Source: a virus. Taken from it: a stretch of 64,000 nt of DNA. The notes under the pieces were generated by a model. It did not search any database. It saw only the letters and a program-made list of their open reading frames with translations, and was not told the origin of the DNA. Within the stretch, counting starts at the first letter, position 1, and each line of letters begins with the position of its first letter. The stretch lies in the IMG/VR virus record IMGVR_UViG_3300017991_000052. The stretch is one strand, 5' to 3'. The position numbers and the translations under genes were made by a program. Below, one piece after another: positions 30,576 to 40,792 of the stretch.

Positions 30576-31747
30576 TGAAGAAAATATTGTATATACTTCA
30601 ACAGTCGATCTATAACAAAAATGAGAAATGGTTAACTGCAGATTCAAATATTCAGATGATGAGAGGGCTATTAAAAGAAATTCATCACGATTTTAAATGG
30701 GATATTTTAATAGCTCCGATTAAAGATTTTGCTGATATAAAATCTTATAAAGAAATATTTAATTCTCCAAATGTAAAATTTATTCCATGGAAAAGACCAA
30801 TATCTGCTTTTGATAATCGCTATCATTTTGATACAGTTGAATTTAAAAAGATCATAGAAAAGGGTAAATATGATATTGTATGGAGCAATATTTCTGAATT
30901 GACAAGAAATATTAAAACTGTTTTAACATATGCAAAATCACAAGCTAAAATAATTCATGCTTGTTATTGGATGGATTGCCCATGTATTGGGGAAGAAAAA
31001 GTATCTAAAACTATTTCATATGATTGGAGGCAATTTGATGGAGCTGAATGCGCTGATGTGGTTGCTTTTACATGCGGATCAACTAAGCAAGCTTTTTTTG
31101 ATAATGCTAAACGAAAATTTAATAAGAAATATATTAATAATATAAAGAAAAAATCTATTATTTTTGATTTTGGATTTTCATTAAGAGAAATATTAGATAA
31201 TTATAATCCAGAAAAATTTAATAAAGCAACTATTGTATTTGGTAATAGATTAAGTGAAATAAATTATACTCATCATGAAGAAGTAATTGAAGCAGTTAAT
31301 AAGCTTTATAAAAGAAGAAAAGATTTTCAAATAATATTTACTAATCCATCACAAAAAGTAAAATGGAGCGACTTAAAAAAGAAAGTAAAACCTTTATTTG
31401 TATATTCAGAAAAACCATTAAATAGAAAAGAATATTTTGATATGCTAACGAGATCAGATATTAGTGTTAGTTTATATTTTATTGAAAGATATGGTGGATG
31501 TTTTAGTAGAGAAGCAATAGGAGCTGGGTTATTGCCAGTAGTTCCAAAAGTTTATGAATACAAAAGAATATTAGGTAATAGATATCCATTTTATACAAAA
31601 TTAAATAATTTAGAACGAGTATTAGAAAAAGCAATTATTGCTATAAAAGATGGGTATAAAGTAAAAGGGGAAATACGAAAGAGGAATGCTGAATCTTCTT
31701 TTGAGGAAGTTGGTGAAGTAGTAAAACAATGTCTATTGAAACTTTAG
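30575..31747 (+). CDS. GT-B fold glycosyltransferase (possible DNA glycosyltransferase)
   Basis: C-terminal F.NRL...Y..ML..SDI.VS....E.YG.....EAI..G motif; context. Confidence 0.65.
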   Translation: MKKILYILQQSIYNKNEKWLTADSNIQMMRGLLKEIHHDFKWDILIAPIKDFADIKSYKEIFNSPNVKFIPWKRPISAFDNRYHFDTVEFKKIIEKGKYDIVWSNISELTRNIKTVLTYAKSQAKIIHACYWMDCPCIGEEKVSKTISYDWRQFDGAECADVVAFTCGSTKQAFFDNAKRKFNKKYINNIKKKSIIFDFGFSLREILDNYNPEKFNKATIVFGNRLSEINYTHHEEVIEAVNKLYKRRKDFQIIFTNPSQKVKWSDLKKKVKPLFVYSEKPLNRKEYFDMLTRSDISVSLYFIERYGGCFSREAIGAGLLPVVPKVYEYKRILGNRYPFYTKLNNLERVLEKAIIAIKDGYKVKGEIRKRNAESSFEEVGEVVKQCLLKL

Positions 31748-32322
31748 AACAAGATATTTACAATTGCAATAAATGTAAAGAAATGGTTGAAGCTAGATTG
31801 TATCCTATGCCAAATCTTCGTATTGGGGATAAAATACAAAGATCATTTATGTTTATTGGAGAAAATCCAGGCGCACCACTTCCAAATGAGAGAGAAATAA
31901 TAAAATCACATAATGATTTTAAAAAAAGTTATGAACAAACATTTCAAATGTGTAAAATGGGGAAATTTATTAAATATATACTTGATGATCTTGGGTATGG
32001 ATGGGAAGATATTATAATGACTAATATTTGTAAATGTGCAACTCCCAATAATAGAAAGATTAATGAAGAAGAAATTCAAAATTGTTCATTATATTTAGAT
32101 AAACAAATAAGTATATTTAATCCAAAATATATAGTTACATTAGGGTCAATTCCATTAAAAAGATTTATTTCTCATGCAACAATATCAGAATATTTTGGTA
32201 AAGCAATTAATATTAGTCAGCATATTTTAATACCATTATATCATCCCTCATATATATCAAGACAGGAAAATAAAGTGGAAATTGTTAATCAATGTATTGA
32301 AAGTATTAGGAGAGTATTATGA
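31729..32322 (+). CDS. Uracil-DNA glycosylase, family 4-like
   Basis: CNKC, FIGENPG..E, TNICKC....NR....EI..C, LG, YHPS. Confidence 0.85.
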   Translation: MSIETLEQDIYNCNKCKEMVEARLYPMPNLRIGDKIQRSFMFIGENPGAPLPNEREIIKSHNDFKKSYEQTFQMCKMGKFIKYILDDLGYGWEDIIMTNICKCATPNNRKINEEEIQNCSLYLDKQISIFNPKYIVTLGSIPLKRFISHATISEYFGKAINISQHILIPLYHPSYISRQENKVEIVNQCIESIRRVL

Positions 32323-32843
32323 TTATTATTATTGAAGGGGTTGATAAGACTGGAAAAACAACATTAGCTAAAGAACTTGCTAAAAAATTAGGATTACAAT
32401 ATTTTAAAAGTAATTTACAAAAAGGGCATTTTAATAATAATGATTTTAAGAATGCTTTGAAATATGAAGGATTATTTATGATTGATTTTTTAGAGCAAGT
32501 AAATATAAATCTTATTATCGACAGAAGTTATCCAAGCGAATTTGCATATGCGCGTGCATACGAAAGAGAGACTGATGATAAAATATTATTCGAATTAGAT
32601 GATCGATGCGCAAAACTTGGAGTACTTATGATTTATTGCTATAAGACAGATAATGATCAGTATTTAAATGAACTTACTGATGAAATTATAATTGATCATA
32701 CGAAAATGGATTTAATAAAACATTGTTATGATTCTTTTTTTAAAATGACTGCTTGTAAACATTTGTATTTAAATATGGATTCTAGAGATCTTGATAAACA
32801 AATATACGCTGTAAAGGAGTGGTTAAAAGGTGTTGAAATTTAA
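32319..32843 (+). CDS. Deoxynucleoside monophosphate (thymidylate-type) kinase
   Basis: IIIEGVDKTGKTT, IDR..PSE..Y. Confidence 0.8.
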   Translation: MIIIIEGVDKTGKTTLAKELAKKLGLQYFKSNLQKGHFNNNDFKNALKYEGLFMIDFLEQVNINLIIDRSYPSEFAYARAYERETDDKILFELDDRCAKLGVLMIYCYKTDNDQYLNELTDEIIIDHTKMDLIKHCYDSFFKMTACKHLYLNMDSRDLDKQIYAVKEWLKGVEI

Positions 32844-33258
32844 GAAATTACGTGATGATGTTAAATTACCAACAAGAGCAAAGGCAGGCGATGCAGGTTT
32901 AGACGTATATTCTGCAGAAGAATTTACAGTTAATATAAAATCTGGCAGAATGCATAAATTTGCATTGGGATTAGCATGTGAATTTCCCGATGGGCATGTA
33001 TTATTAACACAAGCGAAATCGGGATTAGCTGCAAGATATGGAGTTACAACGCTTGGCAATGTTATTGATTCTGGATATCGCGGAGAAATTCATGCAATAT
33101 TGTTAAATACTGGGAATGATAATGTTATAATAGATCCAGGAGAAAAAATTGCCCAATTAATATTAATGCCTTGCTGGACTGGACAACCTAAAGAAGTAAA
33201 AAATCTAAGTGATTCTGAAAGAGGATCAGGAGGATTTGGGAGCACTGGTAACAAATGA
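32830..33258 (+). CDS. dut: Trimeric dUTPase
   Basis: AGLD, KSGL, VIDSGYRGE, KIAQL, RGSGGFGSTG. Confidence 0.92.
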   Translation: MLKFKKLRDDVKLPTRAKAGDAGLDVYSAEEFTVNIKSGRMHKFALGLACEFPDGHVLLTQAKSGLAARYGVTTLGNVIDSGYRGEIHAILLNTGNDNVIIDPGEKIAQLILMPCWTGQPKEVKNLSDSERGSGGFGSTGNK

Positions 33259-34037
33259 AAAATTATTTTGATTTATTAAAAAGAATTGATAAAAAAGGTA
33301 AGATCATTACTACTCGTGGTCATAAGACGAAGGAATTGATTAATGAGCAATTAAAAGTTGATGATATTTGTTTATATTCAGTAGATAATGTTAGAGAAGA
33401 TTATGATATTCAAAAATATTTATTTGGTGAAATGTGTTGGTATCTTGCAGGAAATATATTAGTTGACGGGATATTACCATATTCTAAATTTTGGAAAAAA
33501 GTAGCGAATAAAGATGGTACAGTTAATTCTAATTATGGATATCTTGTTTTTCATAAAGTGACTAAAAAGACAACACAATATAATTGGTGTTTAAAGTCTC
33601 TATTGAATGATGAATATTCAAGACAAGCAGTTATTCTATATAACGATAAAGATTATTATTTTAAAGATAATAAAGATTTTGTATGTACTCAATTGCAACA
33701 ATTTTTTATTAGAGATAATAAATTAATCTCTATTGTTTATATTAGAAGTTCAGATTGTATTAGAGGAATAACATTTGATGTTCCATGGTGGAGATTAGTT
33801 CAAAAACAATTATGTGCAGAATTAAAAAGTAAATATAAAAATCTAACGGAAGGAGATTTAATCATTAATTTTGGTAGCGTGCATTTTTATGAAGAACATT
33901 TTGATCTAGTAAAGAAAATGTTGCGCGGGAAGAAAAGATTCTATGAATTAGAATTAAGAAGTAAAATAATACTTGGCAAAGACCAAAAGTATTATGAAGA
34001 CCATTATAATGATTTTATAGCATTCAATGAGAAATAA
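33255..34037 (+). CDS. Thymidylate synthase-superfamily enzyme, dCMP hydroxymethylase (T4 gp42)-like
   Basis: NSNYG, SRQA, DFVCT, RSSDCIRGITFD (Asp where ThyA has Asn), GSVHFY. Confidence 0.75.
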   Translation: MKNYFDLLKRIDKKGKIITTRGHKTKELINEQLKVDDICLYSVDNVREDYDIQKYLFGEMCWYLAGNILVDGILPYSKFWKKVANKDGTVNSNYGYLVFHKVTKKTTQYNWCLKSLLNDEYSRQAVILYNDKDYYFKDNKDFVCTQLQQFFIRDNKLISIVYIRSSDCIRGITFDVPWWRLVQKQLCAELKSKYKNLTEGDLIINFGSVHFYEEHFDLVKKMLRGKKRFYELELRSKIILGKDQKYYEDHYNDFIAFNEK

Positions 34038-34470
34038 AGATAGATTATTCATGAACATTGCAAAAGAAATGCAGACGCAATCTACGTGTCTGCGCCGTTG
34101 GGTTGGTGCTGTACTCGTAAGAGATAATATTATATTATCTACTGGATATAATGGAACTCCAAGTAAATTAAACCATTGTAAAGATCATGGATGTCTTAGA
34201 CAAAAATTAAAGATACCAAGTGGCAGTAAATCTGAATTATGTCGCGGGGTTCATGCTGAAATAAATGCTATCATTCAATGTGCGATTAAGCATACCAATC
34301 CACAAAATTCTGTGTTATATTGTACTACTCATCCATGTATATGGTGCGTGAAAACATTAATAAATGCCGGAGTAAAGGAAGTTGTTTATTTAGAAGAATA
34401 TGATGATGATCTTGCTAAAGAAATGTTAAAAGAAGCAGGGATAAAAGTAAGGAAATATAGCGATGAATGA
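34027..34470 (+). CDS. dCMP deaminase
   Basis: STC.R..VGAV, GYNG, HAE.NA, PC..C. Confidence 0.92.
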   Translation: MRNKDRLFMNIAKEMQTQSTCLRRWVGAVLVRDNIILSTGYNGTPSKLNHCKDHGCLRQKLKIPSGSKSELCRGVHAEINAIIQCAIKHTNPQNSVLYCTTHPCIWCVKTLINAGVKEVVYLEEYDDDLAKEMLKEAGIKVRKYSDE

Positions 34471-35059
34471 ACAATTAGAATTTGATATGTTACAAAATAC
34501 TTCAGTTGATATTATTGAAGAACCCAAATTAACTATTGAAGATATGTATAAATTTGGTAATGATGGAGAAAAGCAATTTTATAATTGTTTATCAGAAGAT
34601 TTAAAAAAAATTATTAGACCATATAATACAATTATTAAAACTAACCCAGATCTTGCTATGTTTTATAATAATCAACCATTAATATATATTGAAATTGAAA
34701 CATTAAAACGGGAACTTAGTGACCCATTTGATGTATTAGCGGATACAACAGCATTTAAATTAAGATGTTTTAAAAGAAGAGAATGGGAGTTAACTCAAAA
34801 TCCTACTAAAACTTTTTATATTTGTCAAGATTTAATATCGAGATTTTTTCTTGGAATAAAAGCTATTCATATTATAGAAAATTGTAACATTTATACAGAA
34901 AAAGTAAAGAAATATAATGGGATGAAAGATACAGCATTTTATGATTTAAGAGGAGTACGGGATAAAATAATTTTTGATTCTTATAAACCAATAAATTTAG
35001 AAAAAGAATTATTAAAAGAATATAATTTATTAATTGAAAAAATGAAGATAAAAATATGA
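34463..35059 (+). CDS. Putative PD-(D/E)XK endonuclease
   Basis: G..GE...PDL.......YIEIE pattern. Confidence 0.4.
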   Translation: MNEQLEFDMLQNTSVDIIEEPKLTIEDMYKFGNDGEKQFYNCLSEDLKKIIRPYNTIIKTNPDLAMFYNNQPLIYIEIETLKRELSDPFDVLADTTAFKLRCFKRREWELTQNPTKTFYICQDLISRFFLGIKAIHIIENCNIYTEKVKKYNGMKDTAFYDLRGVRDKIIFDSYKPINLEKELLKEYNLLIEKMKIKI

Positions 35060-38000
35060 ATAATTTTGTACATTTACATGTTCATACAGATTATAGTGTT
35101 TTAGATGGGGCTTCAAAATCTCAAGATTATGCTAAATTAGCAAAATATTATAATATGCCTGGTCTTGCAATAACAGATCATGGTAATTTAATGGGATGGA
35201 TAAATCATTATAATGTATGTAAAGAATATAATATAAAACCAATTTTTGGGGTTGAAGCATATATTTTAGAAAATCCAGAATTTTATGAAGATATAAATAA
35301 AAAAATAGCTAAAAAAGAACAAGAAAGTGAATCTCTTACCGGAACAGATAAAACAAAAGCTCGGGCAAAATTAAAAGAATTGAAAGCAAAAAAGAAAAAT
35401 GAAGTTATTATTAATCATATTGTTTTATTAGCAAAAAATATACAAGGATTTAAAAATATAATAAAGATCTCATCAGAAGCTTATTTAAATCGTGTATATA
35501 GAAAGCCTTTAACTACATATGATATTATAAGGCAAAATAAGGAAGGGATTATCCTGCTCACTGCCTGTGTCGCTGGCAGGCTACCACAATTAATATTAGC
35601 TGATGAATTTGATAAAGCTAATGAATATGTACAGAAATATAAGAAAGAATTTGGTGATGATTTTTATATAGAATTAGAACCAAATGATATAAAAGAACAA
35701 TTTATTGTAAATAAAGAATTAGTTAAGATTGCTAATAATAATAATGTGCAATGTGTTATTACGAATGACTGTCATTATTCCGAAAAACAAGATTATGATA
35801 TTCATAATAAACTATTATTATTGCAAACCAAAGCTACTGTTCAAGATATAGATGACGGCAAAGATGTTTTCCAATTTAGTACTCAAGGATTCTATTTAAA
35901 AAATTATGACGATATTGTTGAGACAATGAAAACAAATCATTATGAAATTCATACAAATGATATTCTTAAAGCATGTGAAAATACTATTAAGATTTACGAT
36001 AAAATTGATCAAATTGATATAAAAAAAGAAAAAATATTTCCTAAATTTGAATGTGAAGATAGTATTGCTTTATTAAGAGAAGAATGTTTAAAAGGATGGA
36101 ATAGAATAGAAAAACAAGAAGAAGTTAAAGATAATATTGAAGAATATCAAGAACGTTTGAAATATGAATTTGATATTATTAAAAAATTTGGATTTGCTGA
36201 TTATTTTTTGATTGTACAAGATATTATTCAACAACATTATAAAGAAGGATATATTTGTGGTCCAGGTAGAGGATCTGTTGGTGGGTCATTAATCGCCTAT
36301 TTATTGGGAATTACAACAATTGATCCCATAAAATATGATTTATATTTTGAAAGATTTTTGAATCCACAAAGAATAAAAATTCCAGATATTGATATTGATT
36401 TTGAAAATAGAGATAAAGCGCAAGAATATATTCAAAATAAATATGGTAAAGAATATGTCGCTCCAATTGTTGCCTTACAAAGATTAAAAACTAGAAATCT
36501 TATAAGAGATATTTCTAGAGTTTTAAATATTCCATTAAATGAAGCTGATCGAGTTGCTAAAGATTTTTATTCTAATGAAACTATTGAAGATGGATATGAG
36601 AGAAGTTGTAATACAATGGGTATAAAAGTAATAAAAGATTTTTTTGATAAATATCCAGATGTTAGAACTATAGCAAATAAATTATATGATCAAGTTCGCA
36701 ATATTAGTAGACATGCTTCAGGAATTGTTGTGACTTCAGAGCCAATGTATAATCATATTCCAATGTTAGTTACAAATAATATGATATTAACTCAATGGGA
36801 AATGTCCGCTTTAGATCAAATTGGAGCTTTAAAAATTGATGTTCTTGGATTAAATAATTTGTCTATAATCCATAAAACAATTGATCTTATTAAAGAAAAA
36901 AGAAATATTGAAATTGATATAGATAATATTGATTTAGAAAACAAAGAATTATTAAATGAATTTTCACAAGGTAAAACACTGGGGATATTTCAATTTGAAA
37001 GTGAAGGAATGGTTAATTTATTGAGATCAATAAAACCAAATTCATTTAATGATATTATTGCAGCAAATGCGCTTTATAGACCAGCTGCTTTAATATCTGG
37101 ATTTGCATATGAATATGGTAAAAGAAAACGTAGTGGTAAATTCGAAAATTATCATAAAGATTTTGATGAAATACTTTCACAAACACACGGTATATTGGTT
37201 TATCAAGAACAATTTATGTATATTGTAAAACAAATTACAGGAATGAGTCTTGGCGAAGCGGATTTATTAAGAAGAGAATTAGATAGTGTTGCTGTTACTA
37301 AAGAAGAAAAAATAAAGAAAGCACGAAAAATTAATAAGATTAAAGATTTAATTATAGAAAAAGGATCGCAAAAAAAATATTCATTAGAGATGTTAGAAAA
37401 ATTATGGAAAAGTTTAGAAGGTGTAGGACAATATGCATTTAATAAAAGTCACGCTACAGCTTATGCTAAAATTGCTATGCAAACTATGTATTTGAAATAT
37501 TATTATCCATTAGAATATTTTTCTGTATTATTATCAAGTTTAAAAAATGTTGATGATAAAAAGAAAGAAGAGAATAAAATAGAAAAAGCTGTTAAAGATT
37601 CTAAAAAATATAATATAGAAATACTTCCATTGGATGTACGTTATAGTAAAACGCATTTTGATATTCAAGATGATCGTCTTCGGTATTCTTTATCATTAAT
37701 TAAAGGTATCAGTGAAACTTCAGCAGATATTATTTCAAATAATCAAGATAAATTTACTAATTTTGTTGAGTTTTATAAAAATGTTATAGAATCAAATGCA
37801 CGTATTATTAATAAAAGAGTTGTTGATGCTTTAATTTTATCTGGTGCTTGTGATAATATGCCAATAGGTTTAGATGGGTTTGTTCATCATAATCGAGCAG
37901 ATATTCTTAATTGTTATTATTATTTAAAAGGAGATGTAAATAAAAGTATATTTGATCAATATTATTTTAATAATAGAGATAAATTTAAAATTGATTACGA

Positions 38001-38454
38001 TAAAAAAAAGAAAAGTTCTTTAAAACAAGTAGAAATATTGAGAGATGAATTAAATAATGCTGAAATGATAAATTTAGAGAATGAATATTGTGGATTTTTA
38101 ACTTCTGTTGATTTATTTGATATAAATAATAGAAGAGAACGTATTAGAAAGATGGTAAATTATAGAACAAAATATTTATCTGATTTTACTCGAGATCAAG
38201 ATAGTGGATGTGCTATTGTCTATGTAGCTTCGAAACATGAAATGGAATCAAAAAAGAGTGGTGGCAGAAAAAAATATTATATTGTTTATGTATCAGATGA
38301 ACACGGTAATACAGCAAAATGTATGTTATTTGGTCAAGATAAACTTTTATATGAAACTTTACGGGTTGCTGATAGAATCTATATTTTACGGTTATCTTTT
38401 AACGCAGAATACAATAATTTCAATATTAAGAAGCTTGAGGGAGAAATTGAATAA
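35056..38454 (+). CDS. dnaE: DNA polymerase III alpha subunit (family C)
   Basis: HLHVHTDYS.LDG, TDHG, GPGRGS..GS, FERFLNP.R...PDIDIDF, HASG, GIFQFE, YQEQ, YAFNKSHA. Confidence 0.95.
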   Translation: MNNFVHLHVHTDYSVLDGASKSQDYAKLAKYYNMPGLAITDHGNLMGWINHYNVCKEYNIKPIFGVEAYILENPEFYEDINKKIAKKEQESESLTGTDKTKARAKLKELKAKKKNEVIINHIVLLAKNIQGFKNIIKISSEAYLNRVYRKPLTTYDIIRQNKEGIILLTACVAGRLPQLILADEFDKANEYVQKYKKEFGDDFYIELEPNDIKEQFIVNKELVKIANNNNVQCVITNDCHYSEKQDYDIHNKLLLLQTKATVQDIDDGKDVFQFSTQGFYLKNYDDIVETMKTNHYEIHTNDILKACENTIKIYDKIDQIDIKKEKIFPKFECEDSIALLREECLKGWNRIEKQEEVKDNIEEYQERLKYEFDIIKKFGFADYFLIVQDIIQQHYKEGYICGPGRGSVGGSLIAYLLGITTIDPIKYDLYFERFLNPQRIKIPDIDIDFENRDKAQEYIQNKYGKEYVAPIVALQRLKTRNLIRDISRVLNIPLNEADRVAKDFYSNETIEDGYERSCNTMGIKVIKDFFDKYPDVRTIANKLYDQVRNISRHASGIVVTSEPMYNHIPMLVTNNMILTQWEMSALDQIGALKIDVLGLNNLSIIHKTIDLIKEKRNIEIDIDNIDLENKELLNEFSQGKTLGIFQFESEGMVNLLRSIKPNSFNDIIAANALYRPAALISGFAYEYGKRKRSGKFENYHKDFDEILSQTHGILVYQEQFMYIVKQITGMSLGEADLLRRELDSVAVTKEEKIKKARKINKIKDLIIEKGSQKKYSLEMLEKLWKSLEGVGQYAFNKSHATAYAKIAMQTMYLKYYYPLEYFSVLLSSLKNVDDKKKEENKIEKAVKDSKKYNIEILPLDVRYSKTHFDIQDDRLRYSLSLIKGISETSADIISNNQDKFTNFVEFYKNVIESNARIINKRVVDALILSGACDNMPIGLDGFVHHNRADILNCYYYLKGDVNKSIFDQYYFNNRDKFKIDYDKKKKSSLKQVEILRDELNNAEMINLENEYCGFLTSVDLFDINNRRERIRKMVNYRTKYLSDFTRDQDSGCAIVYVASKHEMESKKSGGRKKYYIVYVSDEHGNTAKCMLFGQDKLLYETLRVADRIYILRLSFNAEYNNFNIKKLEGEIE

Positions 38455-38461
38455 AATGGTA

Positions 38462-38490
38462 TGTACTTTTGAGGGTATTTGTTATATAAT
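38462..38490 (+). promoter_or_regulatory. Promoter upstream of recA
   Basis: TGTACT-17 bp-TATAAT. Confidence 0.55.
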
Positions 38491-38511
38491 TAGTGGTGAG
38501 GAGGGCGCATA

Positions 38512-39501
38512 ATGTCTAAAAAATCTGATAAATTAAATTCAGCCTTAAAAGAAATTCGTAGTAAATATGGTGAAGATGTTATTCATAAAGGTAATGAAAA
38601 AGATTTTAATGTGAGGTTTTTAAGTACAGGTATTGCCGCTTTAGATCAAATTATGAGTGGTGGTGTTGCTGAAGGTCGCATTCATGAATTTTATGGTGTT
38701 CCATCATCTGGGAAAAGTACCGTTTGTTTAAAGATAATAAAGAATGCTCAGGATTCTGGATATAATTGTGCATATATAGATTCTGAAAAAGCATATGATC
38801 CAACATGGGCAAAAACATTAGGTGTTGATACTGAAAATTTAATATATATTCCATTTAGTAAAGCAGAAAATGTATTTGATATAATTAGAACTCTTATAAA
38901 AACAAAAGATGTAAAACTTATTATTGTTGATTCGGTTGCTGCATTAACTCCCCAAAAGGAATTAGAAAATGATATAGATAAACTCAGTGTCGCTGAAGTC
39001 GCTCGAATTATCAGTAAAGGTTTGCGCATTATGAACACAGAGAATGAAGTTAATGGTACTACAACTATTTTTATTAATCAGCTAAGAAGCAAAATAGGAG
39101 TATTTTTTGGGTCTCCAGATGTAACTCCTGGTGGTAGAGCATTAGGATTTTATTCTACATCAAGAGTAAATTTTCGACGGGGTAAAGATATAAAAGAAAA
39201 AGACAATCCAATTGGATATACAATGCATTGTAGAGTAGAAAAAAATAAAGTTGGAATTCCTAAACTTTCTACAGAATTTCCTATAATGAATGATGGGCAT
39301 ATTGATAAGGAAGAAATGTTAGTTACTGTTGCTAGCACATTAGGTTATTGGGGAGAAAATATAAATCTTACAGGTAGAACATATACATATAAAGCAGAAA
39401 AAGTTGCCAGTAGTAAAGATGATTTTATAAAATATTTAAAAGCTAACCCAAAAGTATGCGAAGAAATGGAAAAAGATATTGTTACAAAAGCGAGGAAATA
39501 A
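38512..39501 (+). CDS. recA: RecA recombinase
   Basis: STG...LD, GVPSSGKST, IVDSVAAL, FINQLR.KIG, TPGGRAL.FY, KNKV. Confidence 0.95.
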   Translation: MSKKSDKLNSALKEIRSKYGEDVIHKGNEKDFNVRFLSTGIAALDQIMSGGVAEGRIHEFYGVPSSGKSTVCLKIIKNAQDSGYNCAYIDSEKAYDPTWAKTLGVDTENLIYIPFSKAENVFDIIRTLIKTKDVKLIIVDSVAALTPQKELENDIDKLSVAEVARIISKGLRIMNTENEVNGTTTIFINQLRSKIGVFFGSPDVTPGGRALGFYSTSRVNFRRGKDIKEKDNPIGYTMHCRVEKNKVGIPKLSTEFPIMNDGHIDKEEMLVTVASTLGYWGENINLTGRTYTYKAEKVASSKDDFIKYLKANPKVCEEMEKDIVTKARK

Positions 39502-39511
39502 TAAGTAAATT

Positions 39512-39967
39512 ATGGGGGATATTGGTAGAGATTTTGAAAAAAAATGGTGTAAATTAACAGGATCAAAACCAACAATTGCTTCTGGAGCTTTTTGGTTTTC
39601 CAAAGAAGATACTATTTGCGATAGATTTTTATACCAATGTAAAGCTACAAATGCTAATGGATATGTTTTAAAATATACTGATCTAAAGCAACTTATTAAA
39701 CATTCAAATAAAAAAGGATTAGATTGGGCTTTTGTAATTAGTTTTAAAAAATACGATAAAATTTATGTAATAGTTGATGCATATACTGTGAATTCTAGTA
39801 AAGAAGTTTGTTATATACAAGCAGAAAAAAGTAAAAAAATAAGATTAGATTTATTAGAAGAATTATGGATTGATGATATACAATTAGGAATAGAAATGAA
39901 AGAAATTGATTGTGTAGTAATGAATTTCTTAGATTTTAAAAAGTTTTTGGAGGAAAATAATGGTTAA
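39512..39967 (+). CDS. PD-(D/E)XK nuclease (Hjc-like)
   Basis: GRDFEK...ASGA....KED......QCK. Confidence 0.6.
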   Translation: MGDIGRDFEKKWCKLTGSKPTIASGAFWFSKEDTICDRFLYQCKATNANGYVLKYTDLKQLIKHSNKKGLDWAFVISFKKYDKIYVIVDAYTVNSSKEVCYIQAEKSKKIRLDLLEELWIDDIQLGIEMKEIDCVVMNFLDFKKFLEENNG

Positions 39968-40781
39968 TATATTTGAAAAGCCAAAAGAAAGGTACTTAAG
40001 CATTTCACAAATTAATACTTATATGAGATGTCCTATGCAATGGAAATTTCGTTATATAGATGGACTTATAAAACCACCAAATTTCAATTTAGTTATTGGA
40101 AGTGCAGTTCATAAAGGAATTGAAACTAATTTTGAACAAAAAATAAAATCAAAAGAAGATTTAGCTATTGATGTTATTAAAGACGCGTATAGTGACGAAT
40201 TTGAAAAAAGAAAAGTAGAAATTGAAGATAAAGAAGAAAAAACAAAAGAAGGTAAATCAAAAGATCTTGGGTATAAATTATCAGAATTACATCATCAGGA
40301 ATTAGCTCCAAGAATTCAACCAAATTATGTTGAAAAAGAATTTTATTTTAAAATACCTAAAACAGAAATAAAAGATAACAAAATAAATAAGATTATAGAA
40401 ATTGATATTCCATGGGCATTTAAAGGATATATTGATTTAATTGATGATTTGCATTATGTAATAGATAATAAAACATCTGGAAGAAAATATTCTGATGATT
40501 CAGCAGATGAAAGTTTACAGTTAATTGGATATTCTTATGCATATAAACAAGAATTTGGTCAATTACCACAAGGAATTAGATATGATGTATTGATAAAAAC
40601 TAAAATTCCAGTAACACAACAAGTGTATGGAAAAATAAATCAAGATAAAATAAATCAATTTTTATTATCTACTTTTAATATATATAAAGCAATAACTTCA
40701 GGAATATTTTATCCTAGAAAGGGGACTGACTGCTCTTGGTGCGGTTATAAAGAAGAATGTTCAAAAACTAAAGTTTGGTAG
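39960..40781 (+). CDS. Cas4/RecB-like PD-(D/E)XK exonuclease
   Basis: LSISQI..Y..CP, GSAVH, G.IDL, IDNKT, QL..Y, C.WC.Y...C. Confidence 0.85.
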   Translation: MVNIFEKPKERYLSISQINTYMRCPMQWKFRYIDGLIKPPNFNLVIGSAVHKGIETNFEQKIKSKEDLAIDVIKDAYSDEFEKRKVEIEDKEEKTKEGKSKDLGYKLSELHHQELAPRIQPNYVEKEFYFKIPKTEIKDNKINKIIEIDIPWAFKGYIDLIDDLHYVIDNKTSGRKYSDDSADESLQLIGYSYAYKQEFGQLPQGIRYDVLIKTKIPVTQQVYGKINQDKINQFLLSTFNIYKAITSGIFYPRKGTDCSWCGYKEECSKTKVW

Positions 40782-40792
40782 GGGGAGATAAG

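Noticed and set aside
33255-34037. Ordinary thymidylate synthase thyA
   Set aside because: It has Asp at the ThyA Asn specificity position and gp42-like NSNYG/DFVCT motifs instead of the PCH motif.
39960-40781. CRISPR-Cas locus
   Set aside because: Solo Cas4-like nuclease; no array or other cas genes seen.
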